A stretch of 53,103 bases of DNA, the filler included, from Bipalium vagum (taxonomy: Eukaryota), in assembly GCA_037834085.1 (NCBI GenBank). It is 3 parts of 3 records of this genome, joined end to end, with 100 filler letters (N's around TTAATTAATTAA, not from the genome) between each part and the next. Parts side by side here need not be neighbours in the genome. Positions count along the whole stretch, not along the records: positions 1 to 16,014 come from JBBMKC010132166.1; positions 16,115 to 32,781 come from JBBMKC010099588.1; 1 more part is not named here. One strand, 5' to 3'. The notes beneath the pieces are model-generated. The model searched no databases. It was not told where the DNA came from and saw only the letters and a program-made list of their open reading frames with translations. Position 1 is the first letter of the stretch. Each line of letters opens with the position of its first letter. Below are positions 10,715-21,600 of the stretch, in pieces. Made by a program: the position numbers and the translations under genes.

Positions 10715-11618
10715 TGGATGCAAATCAAAATTCAATCAATCTTAAAAAAGAATAGAAAATTTTTAAAAAATTACAAGAAGTAAAAAAGAAATTTGAAACT
10801 AATCAGTAAAATCAATGGAATGAAGAAAGAGGACTTCAACAAGATTTAACAATTTTTCATAAACCTGTTACTGATGCAGTTAATAAGTCTAAACAAGAAA
10901 CAAAAAGTTTACAAAACGAAAAAGAACAAACAGACAAAGAAAAACTAGATAAAAATACTTCTTTTATAACAGAGGAAATTGGAGTACAAAAAAGAATCGA
11001 AGCTAAAATTAAAGATGAAATAACTTATAATATTTTTAATAAAAAAATTAATCAACCATCACAATATGAAGACCTTAATTTTGAAAAATATTTTCATATT
11101 AATCAAGAATTACCACCAACATTATTACCTTCAATAAAAAATAATATTTTAACAATAAATAAAGTTTCTTTTGAGTTATTTAAAATTGATAATGAAATTA
11201 ATTTTACAAAATAAAATGAACTACTGTCAGGAGTATTATCAGAAGATTTAAAATCATTAATTGAAGATGAAAATTATAGTAATATTTTTTATAATAAGTG
11301 GACAAGAGATTATAGTTTAGAAGATTTGAATCATTATGTAGAGCTAATAACCGATGTTAAAGGAGCAATGAACTCAAAGTATGTTCAAAATATTAAAAAT
11401 AAAATTAATCAATTACAAGATATAGAAAGAGCAGGATGTTATAAAATTTATAAACCAAAATATACTCTTGCTCAATTTATAACTTTACACAAATATTGAT
11501 CCGCTAAAAATCAGGACATGATAATCTTGATCATTTAATTTTAAAAATTTTAAATAAATTAAAAAAACAAAATAGAATTAAAGAAAAAAATTATGATAAA
11601 CTAATAAAAAAAATATAA
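10715..11618 (+). pseudogene. Maverick accessory ORF upstream of the penton
   Basis: Mostly open frame (DLTIFHKPVTDAV...) ending GHDNLDHLILKILNKLKKQNRI, interrupted by stops. Confidence 0.5.
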
Positions 11619-11650
11619 ATTACTTTTTGATTGAATTTTTTCTCTAAAAA

Positions 11651-12460
11651 ATGGAAAAAGCGACAAAAGGTCTAGATAATTCTGTTGTCGTTTTACAAAA
11701 AATATCAAATCTTTTATCTAAAAATTTTTCAACATCATTTGTTGTACAAAGTAAAAATTCCGATATTACCTTTAAATTTCAAACTTTTTTAGTTCTTGAT
11801 CTTAATTTTAACTATGAATTATCATTAGTTTATTTTTCTACTTTTAATTCAATTTTTAATATTAATGAAAACAATAATAAAATAATTGTAAAAGTTACAG
11901 ATAGTAAACTTAAACCAAAAACTAAAAATATAAGTTTAACTCCAAGTGCATATGAAATTGAAGAAATGTCAAGTTATTGAAAATGTATTTAAATATGATA
12001 AAAGTTTAGAACCATTAAAAGATATAGAATATTATATAAAAATAAAACTAAATACAATTTCTTTAAATTATCTAATGAAAATATCAAAAGGTTGTTTTAT
12101 TCAATTTCTTAAAGAAAATTCTTTAGCTACCATTTTAGGATTTGAAACTGAAAAAACTTATGCAGAAAGAATTCAAGAATCTAAAACAGTTAATATTTCA
12201 AATATAAATAGAATTATGATTGATTGTAATATTGTTGAAAGAGCATTTTTCAATGAAGAAAGAACTAACACAACTTTTGATTTTCCTTCAAATAATGGGC
12301 GAAAAGGATATAGAATTATTGAAAGACCAAAATTTCCAATTTATTTTTCTTTGATTACAAAAAAAATAATGAAATTAAATTTAAAATAATTGATGATAAA
12401 GGAAAATTAATATATTTTAATGGAGAAGAAAATTGTTTTACAATACACTTAAAGCAGGTA
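11651..12460 (+). pseudogene. Minor capsid (penton-like) protein
   Basis: YELSLVYFSTFNSIFNI, PSAYEIEE, SLATILGF, VNISNINRIMIDCNIV, GYRIIERP..PIY, IIDDKGKLIYFNGE. Two frameshifts. Confidence 0.85.
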
Positions 12461-12555
12461 AAACTAAAAAATATTTTAAAAATATAAAAATTCTGTAAAA
12501 TTGATTATAAAATCGTATTCGTTTTAATATTTGTGCATTTATTATTTTTTAGAAA

Positions 12556-13828
12556 AGTGGTGCATAATTTTTGGCACCCCTGTACAAAAAAACGAACGAA
12601 GACTTAATATTTATTTGATTGCCTTTATTTACAAGTTCTACTAGGCGACTTCTAAAAGTATCCTATAGATTAATAATAACTGATCTTTTGTTTGAATTGA
12701 GGTGAAAAAAGCCTTTTACGATTTCTTCCTTTAATTCATTTAGAGATGTGATTGATGATCTATCATATATCACATCTTGCAATAGTTTCTAGATTTTTCC
12801 ATCAGGTTCAGATATGCAGATCGAGCTGGCCATTCTATCACTGGAAATTGGGCGTCAGCCATACAATCTTTTACTACCCTTGCAGTATGTATTCTTGAAT
12901 TATCCTGCTGAAACAAAAATGCGTTACCATAATTCAATTTGCAAATAGGCACAATAGTTTGACGTAGTAGCTGAATGTATTGACAACTTCTGAAGTCTCT
13001 GTCTAAAATTCTGAATGACAATAGACCATTTGGTAAAACCATTGCCCAAATCATAACACCTCCACCCTTTTTTGTTGCCTGGGAAGAAAAATTTTTTGTT
13101 TTGGATAAACAAACGTTTGCCAATCATCTAACCCATCAAGAGAAAACCATTTTTTCGTCTGAAAAAATCGTTCGCTTCCATGGATGGTTTTTGGCTAACC
13201 ACATCTTTCCTAATTCAGTCCGTTTGACCTTATCTAATGGGTTCAGTGGCAAACTCTTTATGATTTTCCTGTATCTCATACTATGTTGATTCAGGTAACG
13301 TGCCACAGTAAATCTGGATGCTGGGATATTGTACTCATTTATCAATTTTTGACAATTAACTTTTTCGCCACTGTTGTGCATACTAGCAATTTTTCTATTT
13401 AGCCTTAATTTGTAGACGGCATTTAATTTAGTCTTTCTTCCTCTTGTCTTCTGAATCCGTACCTATCTTTTTAAACATATTCTGCTCACACAATCTTTGG
13501 AAAAGTTATTTCATTGTAGCTTTTTTCATATTGTCTTAAACATAAAACTGTATTTTTTTTTACTTCAGTCTTCATAACCATACATGAAAATTGTAAATTT
13601 TATATCTCGTCAAAATAACTTACTTTAAATTAAAATATAATGTGGGTGTTAAAAATTTTGAACTTATGCAAATTATTAAATTCAATATTTAAAAAAATAA
13701 TTAATTACTTGGGTGAAAAATTCTTTAGTTAATTAATATTTATAGTTTACATAAGTTTATATCATTATAAACTTAATTCAATAGATAATACAAAGATTTT
13801 TAAGGGTATCAAAAATTTTGCTCACTAG
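12556..13828 (-). mobile_element. Tc1-like (DDxE) transposon inserted in the Maverick
   Basis: WKRTIFSDEK, GGGVMIWA, FQQDNSRIH, WPARSAYLNLME. Imperfect inverted ends AGTGGTGCATAATTTTTGGCACCC / GGGTATCAAAAATTTTGCTCACT. Confidence 0.88.
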
Positions 13829-13834
13829 TATATA

Positions 13835-14351
13835 TAAAAAATTGTTTTGAATCAGGATTATCAAAAAATGAGATTTATAAAAAGTTTAAAAATAAATTAA
13901 AAATAAAATTTAATGAAAATAAAGATTGTGAATTTGAAGAAAAAACAATAAAATTTACATTGAGTGATAAAGCAAATAAGATTCAACCTTCTGATAAATT
14001 AGATAAGAAATTTAAAAATTTAATTATTTTTGATGATGTAAAAAATGAAAAAATCAAACTATGAAAATCTATTTTACAAGAGGAAGGCATAATAAATATT
14101 CAGTAATTTATTTATCTCAATCATTTTTTGATTTACCTAATACTATTGTTTTTATTTTATTTAAAATTTCAAAAAATTATAAAAATCAAATGTATTCAAA
14201 AATGTTAGTTCACTTCATAGAGAAAGATGATTTTGATTATTTGTATGATTTTCATATGAAAGAAAAATATAATCATATTTTTATAAATTTACAAGATGAA
14301 AAAATATTATCTTCAATTTTTATATCTACTTGTAAAAATATTTTAACTTAG
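13835..14351 (+). pseudogene. A32/FtsK-like packaging ATPase, N-terminus (Walker A) missing
   Basis: Walker B LIIFDD followed by YFTRGRHNKYSVIYLSQSFFDLP. Confidence 0.85.
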
Positions 14352-14354
14352 ATA

Positions 14355-15368
14355 AGATTTATCAGTAGAAAATTTAATTATTTAGAAATTTGTTAAAATC
14401 CAACAACAGCAACAAATTTAAATAAAAATGGAAATTTAACTCTTAGTTTATTACAAACAGCAAATGCTTTGGATTAATCAGAAGCAATTCCAGTTTTTGA
14501 AATTGAAATAACAAATATAAAAGCAGATGAAAACATTACATTACAAAATAACCTTTTTCCTTTTTTATTTTCTAATGCAATTTTAAAATTAGGATCAACA
14601 AAAGTAGAAACAATTAAATATTTAGGAACTTAAAATTCTATAAAAAATTTTTTATTAATTGATAAAATAATGATAGAGAAAATTTTGGATGAGTTCCTGA
14701 TAAAATTAAAGAAGATCCAAATAAAGTTAATAAAGGATTTAAAACAAGAAAAAATTTATTGGTGAATTTCCTTTAAAATTAATGTTTGGATTTTTACAAT
14801 TTTTTAATAGAGATATATAATATGCAAGGATAATTAACTTTTACAAGAAAAATAGATATTGATAAAGAAATATTTTATGGAACAAACGGAGATGGAAAAA
14901 TAAAATTACTTGATTTAAAATTATTCATTTCAGAATTACAATTAAATCTTATTAGTGAAATGAATTTAATTTCTAGAATTGATGATGAAAAAAATATGTG
15001 TAAATTTTTTATCAAGACATTGTGAAAAAAGAAATTTAACAGACGAAACAACTCTAACTTTACAATTATATAATATTCCAAATAAACCATTTTATATTTT
15101 TATTGGACTTAAAGAATCCGAATTTGAATTTACAAAAAATAATACTTTATTTATTCAAAAGAAAATAAAATCTTTAAGAATACAAGTAAATAATTCTTAC
15201 TATCTTTTAAGCCTTGTTCAATTTGAGAAAGGAAAAATATTATCTTTATTAGAATTTCAAAATTTATATTTTATATTTTGTTTTGAATTGAAAAATAAAC
15301 CAGAAAATTTATGTTTAAATGGAGTAGTTATAACTTTACATATTTTAAAAGATAAAGATTTTAAAGGA
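14355..15368 (+). pseudogene. Major capsid (double jelly-roll, hexon-like) protein
   Basis: NLNKNG.., ITLQNNLFPFLFSNAILKLGSTKVETI, FPLKLMFGF, KPFYIFIG, IKSLRIQVNNSYY, YFIFCFEL. Lies directly after the ATPase. Confidence 0.75.
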
Positions 15369-15455
15369 AATGACCATCATTGACATCCAAATTAAAACGC
15401 GATTCATCAGAAAACACGATTTTATTCCAGTAGTCAATTTCTTTTTTTTCTAGTT
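15369..15455 (-). mobile_element. Short Tc1 transposase fragment
   Basis: Minus strand reads EIDYWNKIVFSDESRFNLDVNDGH, the first catalytic Asp motif. Confidence 0.75.
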
Positions 15456-15459
15456 CCAA

Positions 15460-16014
15460 GCTTCACTCGTAATTTCATCATCCAAACTTCTTCATTTAAA
15501 ATAATTGGATTTGGTTCTTTAATTTTGTCATCGAATATTATTTTACAAATATCATTTTAATTATAAACATGAAAATTGTTCAAAATTATCTCTCATTCTA
15601 AAATGTCCCCATAAACTAACTAAACAAATTTTAGCAATAAATGTTAAACCTACATTATATTTAACTTTATCAATTTCTAAATCATAACCTATATTTTCTG
15701 CTACAAATTCAATTTTTGTATTACAGTCATTTTCATTTTTACAATCTTTATTACAATGTTTAGGATTACATTTGTAGCCAGAGGCTTCTAATTTATATTT
15801 CACAAAATATATTTACATAGTCTTCAAATAAACTTTTTCTTGTTTTTTCAAAATGTTATATTTCATAATTTTTTAAAATTTTGTATCTTTTTTCTATTGC
15901 TTTATTTATTTCAATTGTTGACCAAGTTCCACTTAGAGATCTGTCTTCATCATTATGATTACATTTTTCTTGTTTAAAATTATAACATGTTTTACAATTT
16001 CTTTTTGAATGACT
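15460..16014 (-). pseudogene. Protein-primed DNA polymerase B fragment (Maverick type with K.EASG motif)
   Basis: CKTC..CNH..DRSLSGTWSTIEINKAIEK...LFEDYV...KLEASG...GLTFIAKICLVSLWGHF (KxxxNSxWG motif B). Runs into the gap. Confidence 0.85.
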
Positions 16015-16114
16015 NNNNNNNNNNNNNNNNNNNNNNNNNNNNNNNNNNNNNNNNNNNNTTAATTAATTAANNNNNNNNNNNNNNNNNNNNNNNNNNNNNN
16101 NNNNNNNNNNNNNN
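16015..16114. other. Assembly gap containing an artificial TTAATTAATTAA spacer
   Basis: 100-bp N block with a central 12-mer that has stops in all six frames. The same construct occurs at 32782-32881. Confidence 0.9.
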
Positions 16115-16710
16115 AATTTATTGTTTAATATGATATATTTAGTTATTTTAAACAAGTGCACTTGTGGTGGCATTTATAGTAAAATCGATCCTTTTGATTT
16201 GCCTGTGCCTGGGAGTAGTCTCCACAATTCTATAAGATGTCTTGAGTATGTGATATGCCGTAGTCTTAATATTAATTAACTACGAGATCTTTATGTGGAT
16301 ATTTCTTTAAAGGATGAGTCAATAATTCCTTTTCTATATTCGTTATTTGTTTCTCTAATCTTTGAACTCATCTGATTAGCTAATTACCTTAATTTTTAAA
16401 TATTTTTAAAGTATAAATAAACAAATTACTTATTTTAAACAAATGGCAAAATTGAACTCTACACTTTCAAAGTAAAACTTTAAAGAATATAGGTGAAAAT
16501 GATGTAATAATTTTAAATTCTAATAATTTTTATTGATCTTAAAATAAACGTAATAATTTTATTATCAAAATTGCTTTAATTATTAATAATTATTAAAGAA
16601 ATGTAATAATTTTTATTTTTTATATCACGTGTAATTTTACGGAATAAACCAATTACATAATAGGTAGCATGAATATATAAAGGAAATTACCAATTTCTTA
16701 AATTAAAAAA

Positions 16711-17052
16711 ATGAAAATCATAAATAATATAACAGATAAAATAGAAATTAGTGGAAAAAATTTAGTAAAAACAACTAGCTTCAGTGGAAGAAAGAAAATG
16801 AAAATTGAAAAATCACCATTTCTTGAATGGATATTTGGAGATTGGGATGTAAGAGAAATGGGAGACTCTGTTTCAGATATTTTCAGAAGATTTATGTTGG
16901 AAAGTATGTTTGTAATATTAAAATATTATTTTGTTTACTTTATAATTGTAGTTGGTTCGCTTGGGATATTCCTAATCATTTTAACAGTGATTTTAATATT
17001 CAGAAAGCAAATTATCAGAAAAATTAGAGGCAATAGAGCCACTGGAATTTAA
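16711..17052 (+). CDS. Hypothetical small single-pass membrane protein, 113 aa
   Basis: Intronless ORF with upstream TATATAAA, AAAAAAATG start context and AATAAA after the stop. A hydrophobic segment is followed by the basic RKQIIRKIR. Confidence 0.45.
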   Translation: MKIINNITDKIEISGKNLVKTTSFSGRKKMKIEKSPFLEWIFGDWDVREMGDSVSDIFRRFMLESMFVILKYYFVYFIIVVGSLGIFLIILTVILIFRKQIIRKIRGNRATGI

Positions 17053-17369
17053 TAAAATTTTAAATATCTTTTCTTTTGTGATTAGATAAATAAAAATAAA
17101 ACATTAGTTTATTGTACAAAAAAAGAAGCAGTAAAAGTTGTATTTCTAAGTCATTATTTTTTGGTTTGTCATTAATTTTTCTAATTAATTTAATATTTTA
17201 AAATTTACTTTCACAAAAAATAATTGGTTCAAAAATTTCTTTCTATGAAGGTAAATATATCAGTGTAGAGTTGTACATATATTATTTAAATTCTGACGGG
17301 ATAAAATGTAAATAAAAGTGAAATATTTATATTAAATATGAAGCCGGTAAATATAAAAGAAATATTTAA

Positions 17370-18380
17370 ACTGAGGAAAAGTAAACTAAGTGTAAGTAAG
17401 ATAATTTAAATGTTAGATAATTTCTAAAGTTAGTTCAATTTTTATTTTTTAAATTTACATTAAAATATCAAATTTATTATTGTTTTAATAATATGATTAA
17501 CAAGTAATAAAAAGGACAAATTTTATGTTTTAGACTTCATTAAAGATGTATGAAATTATTAATATACACAGGTATAAAAAGGTGAAAATAATAATGATAT
17601 AAAGAATAAACTCATGTTCTTCAATGGTATTGATGATTGGTCAGATCCATTCTGCATATTTTGATTTCAGTTATTATGAAAGAAGTGGACATTCATCATT
17701 GATTGATGACATATTAAGGGGTAAAATAGTAACAGTGAATTTTGAAGTGATGAAGAATATAATTATTTGCAGTGCCAAAACAGTTAAAACTTATTAATAT
17801 ACGATTGAAAAGTCAAAGTGAGGTTTGGGAAACAAATGAATTGATAGTTCATGTATGTCAATCAATGATTCTTAAGAACAAAAGTGAATCATTTCTTAAA
17901 CACATTGTAACTGATTATGAAATTGAATTCTTTTTCCATTAAAATGGATTATAGTTCCTATGATGGATATGTAAACACAAAAATCAACATCATAAGGAAG
18001 GTATGCTTTTAATAATCTGTTAAACATTTGGTATTGGTCAGTTTATAAAGAGCCAATTGATTCAAACAAAGCTGTGAGCAATTTGATAAATTATAAGACA
18101 ACATTATTGATGTCTTAGTTACCAGAAGAGTTTAAAAAGAATTTTCAGTAGGATAACACGAAACGTCACATTTTAGAAAATTAGTTTTATCGCATTCATG
18201 TTAAAGAAAAGGTTTAAAACTTTGACGAGACAATGGAAAAGATTCAACAATTTATGGTCTCTAAATATAATTTATTGTAGGAAAAAGGATAGAATAAGTG
18301 ATTGACTAATTATATATTTCAATGTTAAAAAGTACTTTTTTAAAAGAAAAAGATATCAGTTCTTGACTTTCCTAAGAAGT
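17370..18380 (+). mobile_element. Highly decayed mariner relic
   Basis: Traces of FLKHIVTD, a KxML-like segment and DNTKRH (DNARPH-like). Boundaries approximate. Confidence 0.45.
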
Positions 18381-18636
18381 CTACGATTTATACATCTGAT
18401 TATCAATGCGGTATTTATAATAATGCAACATTGCTCATTTCAATTATACATATTTAAACAAAAGTAAACTAACAAAATACACTTTATAAACAAAACAAAT
18501 ACATAAAATTTTCAAAGTCGGTTTTATGGAGAAAAATTGATTATTTAAAATAATATTTTAAGGTAATTTTTGAAAATCCACAACAAAAGTAATGTACAAA
18601 AAAGCTTTTATTATTAATGACAAGAAGTGAATAGTT

Positions 18637-21600
18637 TTATAGTCCCATAATTTTATTCACAATTCCAGATGAAAAACTTCCAGGAAATGTATAGAGGAAT
18701 AATGCAATAATTAACAATGCCATCAATATAACCAAAATTTTGATTAGGATCCATTTTAATCTGTATTTGATAAAGTACATTATAGTATTGAATGGATTCA
18801 GGAAACTCAGAAATGACCCATCTGGGCGGCTATAAAAATATATCCAATATAACGTTGATGATATTAGTACATCAAATAGATGAAAATTTGGTTAAGATAA
18901 TACTTTACAAAAGTTGGGGAAAATATATAAAACTTGTATACAAATGTGATGAAATTTTAAAGTATCAAATTGTTGAATTGGAAATGTCGTTTTACCTTAA
19001 CATTTTAAAATTTTGCTTATTTTTGTTAGATGATCAATTTTAAGTTTACCCTTACATGTTAAATCAATTTCGAATCCCGTAATAGCCTGATAAATTGTGG
19101 ATCTTGGAACATCTTCTGTTTTTGAAAATGTTCAACAAAATCAGATCGACTTATTTGTAAACAACATATATGTATTCAAAAACTAACTATTTTTCTACTT
19201 AGTTATTTCTCTAGGTCACGTGTTACAGATAAAATAATGTAAATCGAAGATAAAGAAATCGATAAGTTTATTTAAAATTGATTTTTATTTTCTAAATTTT
19301 AAATGTCTTTCTTAAAGTATTTTGAGACAAAATTCATTATTGACCGCGCGTTGCATTGTGTCATATGAAATGTCAGATTACATGATAAATAGAAAAAACA
19401 ATGAAACAAGAAAATTTTTTATTCAACTAAAATAATCACGATTACATTAAATGCATCTTTGCTGACTTATCCGGGTTTGAATATTATTTATGTAAAAATA
19501 TCATTATAACTTATTATTATAATTTATAAATAATTATCAAATATAACTATAAATATAAGTTTCAAATGAAAAAAATACTTCGGTTTTTCTAATGGCATTG
19601 GTTCATCTCTGGCAAGACCTACTGGGTTTGATTCTGCTTCTTCAGTCGTTACTAACTCCATTTCTATTTCTGCACAGCCCTACTCAAAAATTAAAATGTA
19701 ATAATCCATAAAGAAAAAATTCCTTTTGATTCGATGATATATAAAGAAAGGTGTGGCAATAGTAACAGCCTTTTTGGTATTATATAATTTTATTATTCAT
19801 TAGTTTTGTGTGACATATTTTTGGAAATAATTTATTTTGATTTAATTATAATTTCAGATAAATATAACTATGGAATAAAAAAATTAAATTAATTCAGCAT
19901 TATTATGGAAACAATAATAATGTGCTGAAACCTGACGTTGTTTATCTGAGGCATTAAACATTGAGTATGTGCAGAGTCGAAACATCAGAAGCCCAATTAT
20001 TAAATTTGAAAAATAGGAAACTTAAGTGATGCTCCCAGATCATGAAAATCAATTTCAGCAACAAGTAAGAAGACGGCTATTAAATTAAAAGAATAAGCTA
20101 TTTCTGATGGATTTTAAGTAATAAATGTAGAAATGTGTCAACAGGTTGGTAAATATGTTGTTGGTATGGTTCAATGTTTTATTGAGCATGGAAGAAAGCA
20201 TCTTGAATATGTTACTTTAATTTTTTTAAGAAATCATTCTTTTAATGATTTTTTTAATTATTATAATAAATTACTGTACAAAAAATATTACAAGATAAAA
20301 AAGAGAAAAGAAGAGTAAACGAGCTGTTGATGCTTATAAAAAAACTTTTATGTATCTCGGGATGATGTGCTAACACATCTTGTGTGCCAGAAATAGTTTT
20401 CAAAATAGAATTTAATTAGATTTTAATGTAATACATCTTTGTATACCCAGAACAATTTTTTGAACTTTAGGTGGAATTTTTGTCTCATTTTACCTCATTT
20501 TATTTGTTAAAGATGAAATAAGATATTTTTTTCATTTTAGGATCATGAACTGCCATCTTCATTTTCCATCTGATTATAAATTATCATCATAATTAAAATA
20601 AAAAAAATAATGATACCAAACTAAGCGCTTTTTATTGTAATATTTGTAATAAATATTTAAAAGCAAAAACATCTTTAATATCACATCAAAAATAAAAATA
20701 TATTTAAATAAAATAGAATTAATTTATTTAAATCAAAAACTTATTTGATGAACCATATCAAAATACAGAAAAAATGTAAAATTAGAATTTTAAATAATAA
20801 AAAATGTATTAGTAAAGTTATTTCATAGTATTAATCTCCAATTTTTAAAAAAATTAAAATAAAAATACTAAAGAGATTATCTAACTTTATATATTAATCT
20901 TTAATTATTAAATATTAAATTACTGATTAGTTAACTGATTCTGGTTGGGTGTTTAAGTGTATTAAAGAAAATAGAATTGACTTAAGTTAATATCAATCAT
21001 TAGTTATATAAATTAATATAAAATCTCCTTATGTAGTAAATATTAAAAATAATGATAATAAATGTTATTTATATTCAATAATTGCAAAATTTCATCCAGC
21101 TAAAAATCATTCTACAAGATTAAATAATTACGAGATATATAAATGAATTTAATTTAAGTGATATTGAGTTTCCTTAAAGGCTTGATCATATTAATAAATA
21201 TAATAAATAATAATATTGAAGTAAACGTTTTTGAATTAAATAATGAAATAAACAATTTCTCCCCTTCTTTGAATATTGGAAGACAGACCCAAATCATAAT
21301 GAGAGACATAAATTTATTATTAAATTAAAACTATTAAGTATTATGTAGGAATATGAATATATTTTCAAATGATAATAAAAATAATACTGTAATAATAATA
21401 AAATAATAAAAATAATAATGTAAGTATATATGCATGAAATGTTTAAATTCATATAAATCAATTAATTTATTAAATGAACATATTAATACTTGTAAATAAT
21501 ATAAAGAAGCTAAGACAAACTTTCCAAAAGAGGATTTTTGAATTTAAAACTAATATTTTAGAAATATAATACCATTTGTTATTTATGTTGATTTTAAATG

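Larger units (their letters stand above)
7800..15368 (+). mobile_element. Degraded Maverick/Polinton (adintovirus-like) endogenous viral element
   Basis: Co-oriented, intronless, frameshifted relics of PLA2-like, retroviral-type integrase, penton, A32/FtsK-like ATPase and major capsid genes. Termini not found. Confidence 0.88.

Noticed and set aside
16059-16070. TTAATTAATTAA palindrome isolated between N runs (again at 32826-32837)
   Set aside because: An identical six-frame-stop spacer centred in 100-bp gaps is an assembly linker, not biology.
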